The translations under genes and the position numbers were made by a program. 64,000 bases of DNA from an uncultured Rhodospirillaceae bacterium. GTDB taxonomy: Bacteria > Pseudomonadota > Alphaproteobacteria > UBA9219. This document shows positions 63,050 to 64,000 of the stretch, one piece after another. The stretch spans positions 6,261 through 70,260 of the forward strand of contig CAZZDK010000009.1 of assembly GCA_964652235.1 (NCBI GenBank). Direction: 5' to 3'. Below the pieces are notes generated by a model. It had not been told where the DNA came from, made no database searches, and worked only from the letters and a program-made list of their open reading frames with translations. The first letter of the stretch is position 1; every line of letters begins with the position of its first letter.

Positions 63050-63411
63050 TATTTTTTAACTCGCGTCGGGTTATGGGGATAAGTCGATCAAGCGAAGGTC
63101 TCTTGGCTTTTCGCTCCGCCTTTGCTCGATTTTATCCACGAAACAGGATTCCGTGGACTCTTTTTTCTACCCCCCTGTGAAAAGAGTGGATCGTTCAGTC
63201 CGGGATTATGCCCGTTATCCACATTTTTGTCCCCTCTTGATTTTGATGATTTTTAATCTTTTTTTCACACTTTTATCCTCGAAAGACAATCGGGGATTCA
63301 AAGGAATGTCTGGGGGAAAAATCGGCATTAAAAAAATCCCCAATCTTCCCAAAATCAACTACTCTCCACCAATCTTTATATTAAAGATAAGGGACGAGAA
63401 GCGTGGACAGA
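63050..63411. other. Candidate chromosomal replication origin (oriC): AT-rich divergent intergenic region with DnaA boxes TTATCCACA (63215-63223, perfect), TTATCCACG (63132-63140), TTATCCTCG (63273-63281) and a T-rich DUE-like tract
   Basis: Boxes seen directly. Location next to hemE and 8-13 kb from parAB-rsmG-mnmG matches the alphaproteobacterial (Caulobacter Cori-type) origin context. Confidence 0.45.
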
Positions 63412-64000
63412 ATGCCAGCCGTTTTGCTTGATCTGCTTAAGGGGCGTGACGTCGAAACGATGCCTGTATGGCTCATGCGGCAAGCCGGACGTTATCTGCC
63501 GGAATATCGGGCGCTTCGTGCGCGTGCCGGGTCGTTTTTAGACCTTTGTTTGACGCCTGAACTTGCGGCGGAGATCACGCTTCAACCTGTCAGGCGCTTT
63601 TCTCTGGACGGCGCTATTCTTTTCGCGGACATCCTTCTTATGCCTTATGCGCTGGGACAAGGGCTTTCTTTTAAGGAAGATTACGGGCCCGTTTTAAGCC
63701 CCCTGCCCCCGAAGCTTGAATGGCATGAAGAGCGGTTAGAGCCTGTTTTTGAGACCATCCGAAGGGTTAAAAAGGAACTATCGCCCTCAGCAGCTTTTCT
63801 GGGTTTTTGCGGCGGTTTTTGGACGCTTGCTTGTTATATGATCCAGGAGAACAGAAAAGCCGGATTTGAAAAGCCTCTGGCCTTGGCTTTGAGCGGCGAT
63901 GCGCGCTTGGATCGGCTGATAGATGAACTGGTCGAAGCAAGCCTTGCCTATGCTAGAAGGCAGATCAAAGAAGGGATCGACGTCTTTAAGATATTCGACA
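63412..64000 (+). CDS. hemE: Uroporphyrinogen decarboxylase (N-terminal part; runs off window)
   Basis: PVWLMRQAGRYLPEY signature at the N-terminus. Confidence 0.9.
   Translation, partial: MPAVLLDLLKGRDVETMPVWLMRQAGRYLPEYRALRARAGSFLDLCLTPELAAEITLQPVRRFSLDGAILFADILLMPYALGQGLSFKEDYGPVLSPLPPKLEWHEERLEPVFETIRRVKKELSPSAAFLGFCGGFWTLACYMIQENRKAGFEKPLALALSGDARLDRLIDELVEASLAYARRQIKEGIDVFKIFD

Noticed and set aside
63050-63411. CtrA-type TTAA-N7-TTAAC boxes in the candidate origin
   Set aside because: Looked for them. Only half-sites (e.g. TTAATCTTTTTTTCAC) are present, so no CtrA site is claimed.

Overview
This window is a high-GC chromosomal segment with alphaproteobacterial gene order, and I think it lies next to the replication origin. 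Two things support that placement. First, the mnmE-mnmG-rsmG-parA-parB cluster sits at 50-57 kb. Second, an AT-rich region at 63.05-63.41 kb between a divergent PSRP gene and hemE carries one perfect DnaA box (TTATCCACA) and one 8/9 box.

Most of the window is housekeeping: znuABC, tsaD, gpsA, gatB, yggS, gyrB, comM, pepN, a complete suf operon (Rrf2 regulator, sufBCD, sufS, sufU, sufT), hemW-rdgB-rph, HIT/smr/mltA/Tim44, dnaQ-coaE-aroE and hemE.

Embedded in this backbone are several accessory islets:
- Between gyrB and comM, an 8.5 kb operon encodes what look like type IVB (Dot/Icm or IncI-type) secretion components: a ~1000-aa VirB4-like ATPase resembling DotO/IcmB, a 410-aa DotM/IcmP-like membrane protein, an uncharacterised 185-aa membrane protein, and a 785-aa two-TM coupling ATPase resembling DotL/IcmO. 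These names rest on lengths and topologies I recalled, not on memorised sequence. The coupling ATPase is translationally coupled to a family-4 glycosyltransferase. The left edge of this operon carries a 25-bp imperfect direct repeat flanking four GC-rich hairpins.
- A 1009-aa polytopic membrane protein with a visibly AT-rich periplasmic domain (possible DotA/TraY-like) lies between znuA and tsaD.
- A 3 kb AT-flanked islet between gpsA and gatB encodes an orphan FlgC-like flagellar rod protein, next to a membrane-anchored staphylococcal-nuclease (SNase)-like protein.
- An AT-flanked secreted protein of unknown function sits just upstream of gyrB.

I found no rRNA, tRNA, CRISPR, transposase or integrase. 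Many antisense ORFs in the six-frame track are GC-frame artefacts, and several N-terminal extensions were trimmed to internal starts after checking for ATG/TGA overlaps.
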